Assembly (NCBI GenBank): GCA_046540795.1
Contig: JBKHEN010000002.1
Span: forward strand, 1 to 41,789
Reading direction: 5' to 3'
Source: Spirochaetaceae bacterium
Lineage (GTDB): Bacteria; Spirochaetota; Spirochaetia; DSM-27196; PWMO01
Length of the DNA stretch: 41,789 bases
A program made the translations under genes and the position numbers. This document shows positions 1-8,977 of this stretch, piece by piece. Below the pieces are notes generated by a model that worked only from the letters and a program-made list of their open reading frames with translations, did no database searches and was not told the origin of the DNA. The number at the start of each line of letters is the position of its first letter. Positions within the stretch are counted from its first letter, which is position 1.

Positions 1-1
1 C

Positions 2-901
2 GCCGATACCCGCGCCGCCACCGAGGACGCCGAAAACGCCGAGAACGCCGAGAACGCCGTTGACCGCCGGAAGGCGGGGGCCGTCGCGGCGGCCGATGTG
101 GAAGAAGCCGAGGAGGTGCGAACGGCGCGGAGCGGCGAAAAACTCCGCCGGGCGGGTCCTGCCGGAGATAGCGAGCGCACCGGCGCGGGGGAGGCCCGTG
201 AGCAGCTTGCTTCGGCGGGGAGCGAGCGTCGGCGGAGCGCCGGAAGCGGCGAGAACGGCGGAGAAGGCCGCGGAGCGTCCGACGCGGAAGGCGACAACGA
301 TAGCGAAAGCGACGGTCAAACGGTCAAACCCGCACAGGGCCGCACACAGGGCGGCAATGCGGAGAGTAACGGCGGTCGTGAGCGTGACTCCCGGGGCTCA
401 CTGTTCGAGCGCTTGATCGCGGAGACCGACGCCAACCGCGGCTCGGAACGTTCGGCGCAGAGCGCGCGGCGCTCCGATGCCGGCGCACAGCTCGGACGGC
501 AGCTGCGGGAAGCGCACCCGGAGATCGTGAAGCACGCGCGGCTGCTTATCCGTGGCGAGCGTGGCGGAGAGATACGGCTGCATTTGAAACCGGAGTCCCT
601 CGGAAGCATCCGTATCCGGCTGCATCTACAGGATAATCATATAGCCGGTCGGATTATTGTCGAGAATTCTAGTGTCCGCGAGGCCTTCGAGCAGACCCTC
701 GGGGAGCTCGAGCGGGCGTTTCACGAATCCGGTATAGAAACCGGCGAGCTCGAAGTAACCGTGGAGGAGCGTGAAGGGGAGCATCTTCCACAACAGGCGT
801 CCAAGAATCAGGACACTCGGGCCGTTCAAGCGCTCGAAGAGAGTGTGCCGCTTCTCGCGGAGATCGAGCTGGACAACAAGCTCGTCGATTTAATCGCATA
901 G
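2..901 (+). CDS. fliK: Flagellar hook-length control protein FliK (Tap1-like), 5'-truncated by the window edge
   Basis: The frame is open from nt 2, with no stop before the listed GTG at 98. The C-terminal 'EIRLHLKPESLGSIRIRLHLQDNHIAGRIIVENSSVREAFEQTLGELERAF' looks like the conserved FliK C-terminal (Flg_hook) domain. It lies directly upstream of flgD-flgE. The N-terminal part is Ala/Glu/Gly/Arg low complexity. Confidence 0.75.
   Translation, partial: ADTRAATEDAENAENAENAVDRRKAGAVAAADVEEAEEVRTARSGEKLRRAGPAGDSERTGAGEAREQLASAGSERRRSAGSGENGGEGRGASDAEGDNDSESDGQTVKPAQGRTQGGNAESNGGRERDSRGSLFERLIAETDANRGSERSAQSARRSDAGAQLGRQLREAHPEIVKHARLLIRGERGGEIRLHLKPESLGSIRIRLHLQDNHIAGRIIVENSSVREAFEQTLGELERAFHESGIETGELEVTVEEREGEHLPQQASKNQDTRAVQALEESVPLLAEIELDNKLVDLIA
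29..58 (+). repeat. In-frame 9-nt tandem repeat (GCCGA[A/G]AAC x3, encoding AEN-AEN-AEN) inside fliK
   Basis: Read directly: GCC GAA AAC / GCC GAG AAC / GCC GAG AAC / GCC in the fliK frame. Confidence 0.6.
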
Positions 902-916
902 GAGGGATGGAGAAAA

Positions 917-1378
917 ATGGAAGTTCCCAGTGAGCTGCCGAATGAACTGCAAGGCGAGGCACTTTCACGGTTGAAGTCCCAGGTCGAATCGTTCAACAAG
1001 AGCGTTTCGGGCTCGCGTGAGCCGAAGGAAGAAATGGGCAAGGACGAGTTCCTCAAGCTCCTGCTCACGCAGTTGCAGAACCAGGACCCCACTAAACCGA
1101 TGGAGGACAAGGAGTTCATTGCACAGATGGCGCAGTTCTCCTCCCTCGAGCAGATGACGAATATGGCGACGGAGTTCGCCAAAGTGGAAAAGTTGGTCTC
1201 GGCGGGACAGGCGTCGGATCTCCTCGGGAAAACCGTGGAAGTGGCCGACGGGGACTCGGTCGTGAGTGGCCGGGTTAAGGACGTCACCTTCGGGGAATAC
1301 CCGCAGATCAACGTGGACGGCACCTATTACGACTACCAGAGCGTCCAGAGGATTAGGGAAGAGGGGGCACAGCCATGA
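917..1378 (+). CDS. flgD: Flagellar hook assembly/capping protein FlgD
   Basis: The canonical FlgD N-terminal motif 'KDEFLKLLLTQLQNQDPTKPMEDKEFIAQMAQFSSLEQM' is present. GGAGGGA RBS at 901-907. The stop overlaps the flgE start (ATGA). Confidence 0.95.
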   Translation: MEVPSELPNELQGEALSRLKSQVESFNKSVSGSREPKEEMGKDEFLKLLLTQLQNQDPTKPMEDKEFIAQMAQFSSLEQMTNMATEFAKVEKLVSAGQASDLLGKTVEVADGDSVVSGRVKDVTFGEYPQINVDGTYYDYQSVQRIREEGAQP

Positions 1379-2784
1379 TGCGGTCGCTGTATGCCGGCGT
1401 ATCCGGACTGCAGAATCATCAGACACGGATGGATACTATCGGTAACAACGTGTCGAACGTGAATACCACCGGATTTAAGAAGGGCCGTGTGCAGTTTCAG
1501 GATATGATCTCCCAGACGTTGCAGGGAGCAGCGCGGCCGCGAGAGGAAATCGGCGGGATCGATCCGAAGCAGATTGGTCTCGGAATGCAGATTGCCTCGA
1601 TCGACACGCTTCATAACCAGGGGTCGCTACAGACCACCGGCGTTAAGAGCGACTTGGCGATTCAGGGGAACGGCTTCTTCGTGCTCCGGGACGGCGAGAA
1701 CCAGTTCTATACCCGCGACGGTAGCTTCTCCATAGACGAGGAGGGCATGCTGGTCAACCCGGCAAACGGTATGCGCGTGCAGGGCTGGGCGGCCGAGCAG
1801 CGCGACGGCGAGGCACGGATCAATACCTCGGAATCGGTGCAGGATCTGAGTATCCCGGTGGGAAGCAAGGATCCCGCTCAGGAAACCACCGAGGTGTTCC
1901 TCGCGAGCAATCTCAACAAGAACACCCCGGAGATACCGGAAGACGCCACACAGGCGGAGATCGACGAGGGCACGTGGACCGTGGAGTACGATATCTACGA
2001 TTCCTACGGAAACACCCACACCTTGCGGGTCGACTGGACGAAGGTGGACGACGTGGCCAACCAGTGGGAGGCTGCCGTGCAGATCGATCCCGAGCAAGAC
2101 GTGCCGCCGAACCAGGCGGTGTCGGTGGCCGGAGTGGACAGCGCCGATGATCAGACGTTCCTGGTCGATTTTGCCAACGACGGGACCATTCAACAGGTTT
2201 CCAATGCCGACGGCGGGGTCGTCGACGAGGGTGAGCTCTCGGTAGACGTGAGCTACGAGGTCCCGGAGTCGCAGGTCGTCCTGGACGAGGAGCAGGGGCT
2301 TCCCCTTGGGCCGCAGACGCAGACCTTCAGCCTGGAGCTTGGTGAGGTCGGGGCCTTCGTCGATTCCATGACGCAGTACGCCTCGGAGAGCTCTACCAAA
2401 GTCTTCAGTCAGAACGGCAATGCCATGGGCTACCTGGAAGACTACCGCATCGACGAAAGCGGGGTCATTACCGGTATCTTCTCCAACGGAACCAAACGTC
2501 CGTTGGGGCAAGTGGCCCTTGCATCGTTCACCAATCCCGGGGGTCTTGAGAAATCGGGAGAAAATAACTATGTTCAAACCAATAACTCCGGGCTGGCCGA
2601 TATTGCGGAATCCGGTGTAGCGGGAAAGGGGAAGGTCATCTCGGGTAGCCTGGAGATGAGTAACGTGGATCTCGCCGAGGAATTCACCGATATGATCACC
2701 ACGCAGCGCGGGTTCCAGGGCAGCTCACGCACAATCACTACATCCGATGAGATGCTTCAGGAGATCCTCACGTTGAAGCGCTGA
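1375..2784 (+). CDS. flgE: Flagellar hook protein FlgE
   Basis: N-terminal 'SLYAGVSGLQNHQTRMDTIGNNVSNVNTTGFK' and C-terminal 'SNVDLAEEFTDMITTQRGFQGSSRTITTSDEMLQEIL' are the conserved flagellar rod/hook family termini. Size is 469 aa, and it follows flgD. Confidence 0.97.
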   Translation: MMRSLYAGVSGLQNHQTRMDTIGNNVSNVNTTGFKKGRVQFQDMISQTLQGAARPREEIGGIDPKQIGLGMQIASIDTLHNQGSLQTTGVKSDLAIQGNGFFVLRDGENQFYTRDGSFSIDEEGMLVNPANGMRVQGWAAEQRDGEARINTSESVQDLSIPVGSKDPAQETTEVFLASNLNKNTPEIPEDATQAEIDEGTWTVEYDIYDSYGNTHTLRVDWTKVDDVANQWEAAVQIDPEQDVPPNQAVSVAGVDSADDQTFLVDFANDGTIQQVSNADGGVVDEGELSVDVSYEVPESQVVLDEEQGLPLGPQTQTFSLELGEVGAFVDSMTQYASESSTKVFSQNGNAMGYLEDYRIDESGVITGIFSNGTKRPLGQVALASFTNPGGLEKSGENNYVQTNNSGLADIAESGVAGKGKVISGSLEMSNVDLAEEFTDMITTQRGFQGSSRTITTSDEMLQEILTLKR

Positions 2785-2798
2785 GGATAGTGCGATAG

Positions 2799-2996
2799 AT
2801 GATTAGGGTTACACGGCTCGATGGGAAAGAATACTATGTGAACCCGCACCAGATCGAATACATCGAGACCAATCCCGATACCACCCTCATCATGCTGTCG
2901 GGAAAGCGGCTGATAGTCCGTGAGGACTATCAGCTCATAACCGACCGGATCGTTGAGTACCGCAAGCGCATCGGGGCGTTCAAGAGCGAGGAGTAA
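2799..2996 (+). CDS. flbD: Flagellar protein FlbD
   Basis: 65 aa beginning 'MIRVTRLDGKEYYVNPHQIEYIE...', typical of FlbD. The position between flgE and motA matches spirochaete and clostridial operons. Confidence 0.9.
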   Translation: MIRVTRLDGKEYYVNPHQIEYIETNPDTTLIMLSGKRLIVREDYQLITDRIVEYRKRIGAFKSEE

Positions 2997-3002
2997 TCGG
3001 TT

Positions 3003-3782
3003 ATGGATTATGGTACGATAATCGGCATCGGTGCCGGGCTGATGCTCATCGTTATGGGTATTGTCACCGCCGGCGGCAACCTGGCCAATTATCTGAACCT
3101 GCCCTCCGTTCTCATTGTCATCTTCGGCTCCTTCTCGGCGATGATTGTGGCGAATCCGCTGACCCGCATGCTCGGGATCATGCGCTATGTGCGCAACGCG
3201 GTGCGGGTGCCGGACTGGCAAGAGCAGCGCATTATAGAGGAGCTGGTGCGTTTTGCAGATAAAGCCCGCAAAGAGGGGTTGTTGGCACTGGAAGACGATC
3301 TCGAGACCATCGAGGACGAGTTCATGCGTAAGGGAATTCGGCTCGTCGTCGACGGTACCGACCCCGAAATCATCAAGAACATCCTCTACAACGATCTCGG
3401 CCAACTGCAGGAACGCCACGAGACCGGTATCAAGATCTTTGACGATTGGGGAAAAATCGCGCCGGCGTTCGGTATGATCGGAACCCTCGCCGGCCTCATC
3501 GCCATGTTGGCAGATCTCGGTGGAGATGAGAGTGCTATCGGTTCCGGAATGGCTTTGGCGTTGATCACGACGATGTACGGCGCGATTTTCGCGAACCTGG
3601 TGCTGATTCCCGTTCGCAGTAAGCTTGAAGGGCACGACAAGGCGGAGACTCGCGCAAAAGAGATTATCGTGGAAGGCGTCCTTTCGATTCAGTCCGGCGA
3701 CAATCCGCGGACTCTCGGAGAGAAGCTTGTCGCCTTTCTCCCTCCCGCGGAGCGCTCGGGCCTTCAGAGTGAGCTGGAGTAG
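3003..3782 (+). CDS. motA: Flagellar stator protein MotA
   Basis: Four predicted TM segments. The conserved C-terminal channel region 'AFGMIGTLAGLIAMLA...ALITTMYGAIFANLVLIP' is present. It lies immediately upstream of motB. Confidence 0.93.
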   Translation: MDYGTIIGIGAGLMLIVMGIVTAGGNLANYLNLPSVLIVIFGSFSAMIVANPLTRMLGIMRYVRNAVRVPDWQEQRIIEELVRFADKARKEGLLALEDDLETIEDEFMRKGIRLVVDGTDPEIIKNILYNDLGQLQERHETGIKIFDDWGKIAPAFGMIGTLAGLIAMLADLGGDESAIGSGMALALITTMYGAIFANLVLIPVRSKLEGHDKAETRAKEIIVEGVLSIQSGDNPRTLGEKLVAFLPPAERSGLQSELE

Positions 3783-3785
3783 TGC

Positions 3786-4520
3786 ATGGCCAACGGCAGG
3801 ACGAGGAAGAAGAAGTGTCCCCGGGAAGGCGCAGCCGACTGGCTGCTCACCTATGGGGACATGGTCACGCTGTTGCTTACGTTCTTCGTGCTCCTCTACA
3901 CCACCGCGGAGGTGGACGGGTATCGACTGCGGTTGATCCTGGCGTCCTTTCAGGGCCTCGGCAATCTGCGCGGTGGGGTAACGCTATCGGAAGGGCCGCT
4001 CGCGGAACTCGGTAACACCATAGAGTCGCTTCCCTCCATGGAACAGGGACGCGCTCTCGACGAGGCCCGCCGGGAGGCGGTGAGCATTTTCGAGCCGGAG
4101 GTCCGCAGCAATCAGGTGCGTATCACGCAGGATGAGCGCGGCCTGGTTGTGTCGCTCGCGGCGGATGCCTTTTTCGAGTCCGCAAGCGCCGAGATCAACA
4201 TCGAGGCATCGAGGGACGTGTTCATCAAGCTCTCGCAACTGCTGCAATCCGATGTGGTGGAGGATCGAAAGTTCCGGATCGAGGGGCATACGGACGACGT
4301 ACCGACGGACCCGGAAGGTGAGTGGGAGACCAACTGGGAGCTTTCGACGGCGCGCTCACTGAACGTCTTACGGCTGCTGCGGGACTACGACGTTCCCGAG
4401 GAACGGTTTCAGGTCATGGGACTTGCCGACACGCAGCCGCTGGTGAGTAACGACACTCCCGAGGGGAGAGCCTACAATAGGCGGGTCGACGTCATCATTC
4501 TGACGGAAGGCCACCTGTAA
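3786..4520 (+). CDS. motB: Flagellar stator protein MotB (OmpA-like peptidoglycan-binding C-terminus)
   Basis: 'WLLTYGDMVTLLLTFFVLLY' is a single TM helix with the conserved proton-binding Asp. The C-terminal OmpA-like 'IEGHTDDVP...NWELSTARSLNVLRLL...NRRVDVII' is present. Confidence 0.93.
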   Translation: MANGRTRKKKCPREGAADWLLTYGDMVTLLLTFFVLLYTTAEVDGYRLRLILASFQGLGNLRGGVTLSEGPLAELGNTIESLPSMEQGRALDEARREAVSIFEPEVRSNQVRITQDERGLVVSLAADAFFESASAEINIEASRDVFIKLSQLLQSDVVEDRKFRIEGHTDDVPTDPEGEWETNWELSTARSLNVLRLLRDYDVPEERFQVMGLADTQPLVSNDTPEGRAYNRRVDVIILTEGHL

Positions 4521-4540
4521 TACTGTGAGGAGACCAGGGC

Positions 4541-5095
4541 ATGTCCGATGATCTGCTTGGTAACGAGGAAGAGTTAGAGGCTGAAGAGCAAGCTGCGGGA
4601 CAGAAAGGCGGCGGCTTCTTCTCCGGGCTACTCATAGAGGTTCTCAAATGGGCAGGCATCGTCATAGGTGCCATCATTTTCATCGTAACCGTAGTTGTGC
4701 TGACGTTACGCATCATGGACACCGGGTCGGCCTCCCAGACCGAGATCCCCGAAAGCGAGGAGTACCGCAGTGCACCACCGATGTTGGAGTGGTATTCCCA
4801 GATCGGCGAGGTGCGCGGTCAAACCAACGACGAGGTGCGAAAGACCTTCATCGTGGAACCATGGCTCGGATACGAAGGGGAGAATAATCAGCTCCAGAGC
4901 GAGCTCATTCAGCGCGAGCCTATGCTCAAAGACGAGGTGCGGCAGTATTTCAGCAACAAGACCGAGGATGATCTCGTTGGCCCGGAGAACCTCAACCGGG
5001 TCAAGGAAGAGCTACGCCGCCGTCTGAACGACATTCTGAGCACCGGACGGATCGAAACGGTCGTTTTTGACCAGTATACGGTTGTTGATTTCTAG
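4541..5095 (+). CDS. fliL: Flagellar basal-body-associated protein FliL
   Basis: Acidic N-terminus, one TM helix ('IVIGAIIFIVTVVVL') and the FliL-type C-terminal domain ('LKDEVRQYFSNKTEDDL...VKEELRRRLNDIL...VVFDQYTVVDF'). GAGGAG RBS at 4525-4530. Located between motB and fliM. Confidence 0.85.
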   Translation: MSDDLLGNEEELEAEEQAAGQKGGGFFSGLLIEVLKWAGIVIGAIIFIVTVVVLTLRIMDTGSASQTEIPESEEYRSAPPMLEWYSQIGEVRGQTNDEVRKTFIVEPWLGYEGENNQLQSELIQREPMLKDEVRQYFSNKTEDDLVGPENLNRVKEELRRRLNDILSTGRIETVVFDQYTVVDF

Positions 5096-5157
5096 CTCGC
5101 GGTTGCAATTTCTCTTGGTGTGTGAGAGAATTACCGGCAGGAGGGGAAATTTAATTC

Positions 5158-6183
5158 ATGACGGAGGTTCTTTCTCAGGACGAGATTGATCAGCTCTTAA
5201 CGGCTATCACGTCCGGAGATGTCGAGACGGAGGAAGTCAGTAGACCCGCGGATCAGCGGAAGATAAAGATTTATGACTTCAAGCGTCCGGATAAGTTCTC
5301 CAAAGAACAGATCAGAACCGTCTCGATCATGCATGAGACGTTTGCCCGTCTGACCACCACGTCTTTGAGCGCACAGCTGCGCTCCATTGTAACCGTCCAT
5401 GTCGCCTCCGTCGATCAGCTGACATACGAAGAGTTCATCCGCTCCATTCCCAGTCCGGCCACTCTGGCGGTCATAAACATGGACCCGTTGAAGGGCTCCG
5501 CCATTTTCGAGCTGGACCCGGCCATAACGTTTTCGGTGATAGACCGGCTATTCGGTGGTCCCGGCGACGAAGCCAAGCTCGACCGAGAGCTTACCGACAT
5601 AGAGAGCTCGGTCATGGAGAACGTGATCGTTCGGATCCTCGGCAACATGCGGGAGGCGTGGAGCCAGGTCATTGATCTGCGCCCTCGGCTCGGTCAGATC
5701 GAAACTACGCCGCAGTTCGCCCAGATCGTCCCGCCCACCGAGATGGTCGTGCTCGTGACACTGGAGACCAAGGTCGGAGAAGTAGAGGGTATGATGAACT
5801 TCTGTATCCCCTACCTCACCATAGAGCCCATCATTTCCAAACTCTCGGCGCAGTACTGGTATTCCTCGGTACGCCGCGGGGCGACTACGGAAAACTTGAA
5901 CATCCTCAAGGAGCGGCTGTCCTCCACCGAGCTGACAATGGTTGCGGAGATCGGTGCCATGGATCTTACCGTGCGCGACGTTCTGTCGCTGCAAGTAGGG
6001 GACGTCGTTCGGTTGCAAAACACTCGCGTGACGGATCCGATGGTACTGAAGATCGGAAATAAGAGGAAGTTTCTTTGTAAGCCCGGCCAGATAGGCAACA
6101 AATTGGCCGTGCAGATTATACAACAGCTCGAAGATATCGAGCAGGAAGAGTTCGAAGAGCTTGCCGCCGAGGAAGGAGAGTGA
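5158..6183 (+). CDS. fliM: Flagellar motor switch protein FliM
   Basis: N-terminal CheY-P binding peptide 'LSQDEIDQLL', a CheC-like middle domain and a C-terminal SpoA/FliN-like domain. AGGAGG RBS upstream. Confidence 0.96.
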   Translation: MTEVLSQDEIDQLLTAITSGDVETEEVSRPADQRKIKIYDFKRPDKFSKEQIRTVSIMHETFARLTTTSLSAQLRSIVTVHVASVDQLTYEEFIRSIPSPATLAVINMDPLKGSAIFELDPAITFSVIDRLFGGPGDEAKLDRELTDIESSVMENVIVRILGNMREAWSQVIDLRPRLGQIETTPQFAQIVPPTEMVVLVTLETKVGEVEGMMNFCIPYLTIEPIISKLSAQYWYSSVRRGATTENLNILKERLSSTELTMVAEIGAMDLTVRDVLSLQVGDVVRLQNTRVTDPMVLKIGNKRKFLCKPGQIGNKLAVQIIQQLEDIEQEEFEELAAEEGE

Positions 6184-6185
6184 GA

Positions 6186-7292
6186 ATGAGCGACGGATCT
6201 CTTTCTCAAGATGAGATTGATGCTCTACTGCAAGGAAGCGGCGATATGGACTTCGGCGGTGGAGGCGGGGCCGCGTCGGGCGGAGGCGGGGCGTCCATCT
6301 CCGAAGCCGAAGCAGATCGTTTCAGGCAGATAGTCGCGGCCACCCTCGAGTCGCAGAAGTCGAATCTCTCGATGTTGCTGAACCAGCAGGTGCTCCTCGA
6401 GCGGCCGTCGGCGGAGGTCGTCGATGCAGATGCGCTCACCGAGGCTCTACCGGAGCAGATTGTGGAGATAAAGCTCGACTTCACCGATGGTGTGGTCGGA
6501 GGACATTTATACGTCATGGGCGAGGATGTCGCTCTTGCGATTGCCGGTCCCATGATGGGACAGGAGGGGGTGGAGCTGGATGACGCTGCCGTCAACGCGT
6601 TGCAGGAGGCGTTTTCGCAGGTCTCCGGTCCGGTGATAACGGCGCTCGGAGAGAAGTCCGGCACTACCGTGCTTACCGGCCCCCCGAACGGTCGGCAGGT
6701 CTCCCGGGATCAGGTGCAGGCTCCGGCCGGTAACTTCGTGAAGATGACCTACGGGTTGCAGGTCGGCGGGTCGAAGGTAGGCGACATCGTCGAGGTGTAT
6801 GCGCCGGAGGTCGTGCAAGCCGTCGCCGGCGCGCCTCAGCAGGGATCGCAGGCGGCCGCGCCGCAGGGCGGGTTCTCGCAGCCTCAGGCGGCCGGGTCGG
6901 CAGGCGGGCCGGGGTTTGCTCAACAACCGACGCCACAGCAGGGCGGACAGGCCATGATGGGCGCCGGTCAGGGCCCCAGCGCTCAGTCGGTTCAGTTTCC
7001 GAGCTTCCAGTCCCAGTCGTCCCAGGGTGAACAGGGCAACATCAGTCTCCTGATGGATGTCTACATGGAGATGACGGTGGAGCTCGGTCGCACCCGAAAA
7101 CTGATCAAGGAAATTCTCGGTATGGGCGAGGGCACGATTATTGAGCTCGACAAGCTCGCCGGTGAACCGGTTGATATTCTCGTGAACCACAAGTTGATCG
7201 CAAAGGGTGAGGTCGTGGTCATCGATGAAAACTTCGGTGTCCGTGTAACGGAAATCGTGTCGCCGATGGAGCGGGTGAGCAACATGACGTAG
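6186..7292 (+). CDS. fliY: Flagellar motor switch protein FliY (CheC-like N-domain + FliN/SpoA C-domain)
   Basis: 'LSQDEIDALL' peptide, a CheC-like region and a Gln/Gly/Pro-rich linker. The C-terminal FliN domain is 'LLMDVYMEMTVELGRTRKLIKEILGMGEGTIIELDKLAGEPVDILVNHKLIAKGEVVVIDENFGVRVTEIV'. ATG 6186 is preferred over the listed GTG 6180 because of the GGAAGGAG RBS at 6170-6177. Confidence 0.9.
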   Translation: MSDGSLSQDEIDALLQGSGDMDFGGGGGAASGGGGASISEAEADRFRQIVAATLESQKSNLSMLLNQQVLLERPSAEVVDADALTEALPEQIVEIKLDFTDGVVGGHLYVMGEDVALAIAGPMMGQEGVELDDAAVNALQEAFSQVSGPVITALGEKSGTTVLTGPPNGRQVSRDQVQAPAGNFVKMTYGLQVGGSKVGDIVEVYAPEVVQAVAGAPQQGSQAAAPQGGFSQPQAAGSAGGPGFAQQPTPQQGGQAMMGAGQGPSAQSVQFPSFQSQSSQGEQGNISLLMDVYMEMTVELGRTRKLIKEILGMGEGTIIELDKLAGEPVDILVNHKLIAKGEVVVIDENFGVRVTEIVSPMERVSNMT

Positions 7293-7346
7293 TTAGACAC
7301 CGCACGCGGCGACAGGTGAAATCGCGCGGCAGGTAGGGCCGCGCCC

Positions 7347-8138
7347 TTGGGGAGGGGAACGATCAAACGTACAATCATCATTCTTACACTCGTAGTTTGC
7401 GCGTTGCCGTTCGGGTTTGCCGAGTCGGATGAGTCCGGCCAGGAAGGGCAGGCCGAGGGTGCTCCGGCGGGGGACTCGTCCGCACAGGCGGCGGATGAGA
7501 CGCAGATGACCTTCGAGAGCGAGGACGATGCCGACGCCGGTACTGCCGCCGAGAACGGCGAGCCAAGCGCCATAAACTCTCTCGGCGTGTGGGACTTCGT
7601 TCGGATGATCCTGGTCCTCGGTGTCGTGATCGCAGCCATTTACGTCGTGTTCTACCTCCTGAAGCGGGCATCCGGTGGTCGTCTCGAAAACAGTCCCATC
7701 ATCCGGGTGCTCGGAAGTAGGGCGTTGCCGGGAAACAAGGGACTGCACCTGATCGAGGTCGGAAGACAGGTGTTTCTCATCGGCGTGGGGGATGACTCGA
7801 TCGCCCTTGTGTCCGAAATCTCGGATCAGGAGAGCCTGGACGAGTTGCGTCTTTCGGCCTCGGCGCAAGCGCCTCCCTCCCGAGGCAGCTTTGCCGATAT
7901 GCTCTCGGGATTTTTTCATGCCGGCGGGGCCCGGTCGTCACCGCGAGCGTCGGACCGAGCCGCCGGTGGGCCGAGGGGTGGCGAGAGCGGCGCGGAGGAC
8001 AGCGGTGGTGAGAGTAGAGACGGCCGAAGCCGTCCCGGCGAGGGGTCCGGCGGAGGACCGGCGCGACCTTCCGGCAACGGGGGGCAGGCCGCTTCCTTCT
8101 TCGAATCACAGAAGGAGCGGTTGCGAAAATTGCGGTAG
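7347..8138 (+). CDS. fliO: Flagellar biosynthesis protein FliO/FliZ with acidic N-region and long disordered tail
   Basis: TM helix plus FliO core 'VWDFVRMILVLGVVIAAIYVVFYLLKR...IIRVLGSRALPGNKGLHLIEVGRQVFLIGVGDDSIALVSEI'. Located between fliY and fliP. The TTG start is uncertain. Confidence 0.75.
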   Translation: MGRGTIKRTIIILTLVVCALPFGFAESDESGQEGQAEGAPAGDSSAQAADETQMTFESEDDADAGTAAENGEPSAINSLGVWDFVRMILVLGVVIAAIYVVFYLLKRASGGRLENSPIIRVLGSRALPGNKGLHLIEVGRQVFLIGVGDDSIALVSEISDQESLDELRLSASAQAPPSRGSFADMLSGFFHAGGARSSPRASDRAAGGPRGGESGAEDSGGESRDGRSRPGEGSGGGPARPSGNGGQAASFFESQKERLRKLR

Positions 8139-8188
8139 GTAATCCGGCGGTCCGAAACGGGGGCCGCATTCGTAAAACTGGGGGGGAC

Positions 8189-8977
8189 ATGAAACGAAAG
8201 AGACTCTATGCCGTGGCGTTTCTGCTGTTGGCGGTGATGCTGGCGGCGCCGGCGGCGAGCGCCCAGGAGGGACCGGGGGAGGAGAGTCTTCAGGTCCCGT
8301 TCATAGATCTCAATGTGCGTGAGCCGCAGAACAACGAGGAAGTTGCGCTCTCGGTGCAGCTTTTGCTGATTCTTGCGGTGTTGAGCCTCGCGCCCTCGAT
8401 CATCATTCTTACGACCTCCTTCCTGCGTATCGCCATCGTGTTCGACTTCGTGAAACGGGCCCTGTCGCTGCAGCAGGTGCCGCCCACGCAGGTGCTGATG
8501 GGTGTCGCGCTGTTCATGACGGTATTCATCATGTGGCCGACCCTGGAAACTATGTACGAAAATGCCTATGAACCGTTTCGCGACGGGGAGATCGGGATCG
8601 AGGACGCTTACGACGAGGCGATCGGGCCGCTGCGGATCTTCATGTATCGACAGATGCGGGAAGACCCGCAGAGTATCCGGCTGTTCATGCGAATGGGCGG
8701 GCTCGAGCGACCGGCGAACCTCTCGGAGGTGCCGACGCGTGTCCTGTTGCCGGCGTTCGTGCTCCACGAGCTGACGGTTGCATTCAAGATCGGTATACTA
8801 CTGTTTATCCCCTTCATCATCATAGACATGGTGGTTGCCTCGACGTTGATGTCGATGGGCATGATCATGCTACCGCCGATCATGATTTCCCTGCCGTTCA
8901 AGTTGATTCTATTCGTCCTGGTGGACGGCTGGAACCTGATTACGCAACAACTCGTAACGAGCTTTGGAGGATTCTGA
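8189..8977 (+). CDS. fliP: Flagellar export apparatus protein FliP
   Basis: Signal peptide followed by the conserved FliP core ('LLTTSFLRIAIVFDFVKRALSLQQVPPTQVLMGVALFMTVFIMWP...', 'AFKIGILLFIPFIIIDMVVASTLMSMGMIMLPP'). Confidence 0.97.
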   Translation: MKRKRLYAVAFLLLAVMLAAPAASAQEGPGEESLQVPFIDLNVREPQNNEEVALSVQLLLILAVLSLAPSIIILTTSFLRIAIVFDFVKRALSLQQVPPTQVLMGVALFMTVFIMWPTLETMYENAYEPFRDGEIGIEDAYDEAIGPLRIFMYRQMREDPQSIRLFMRMGGLERPANLSEVPTRVLLPAFVLHELTVAFKIGILLFIPFIIIDMVVASTLMSMGMIMLPPIMISLPFKLILFVLVDGWNLITQQLVTSFGGF

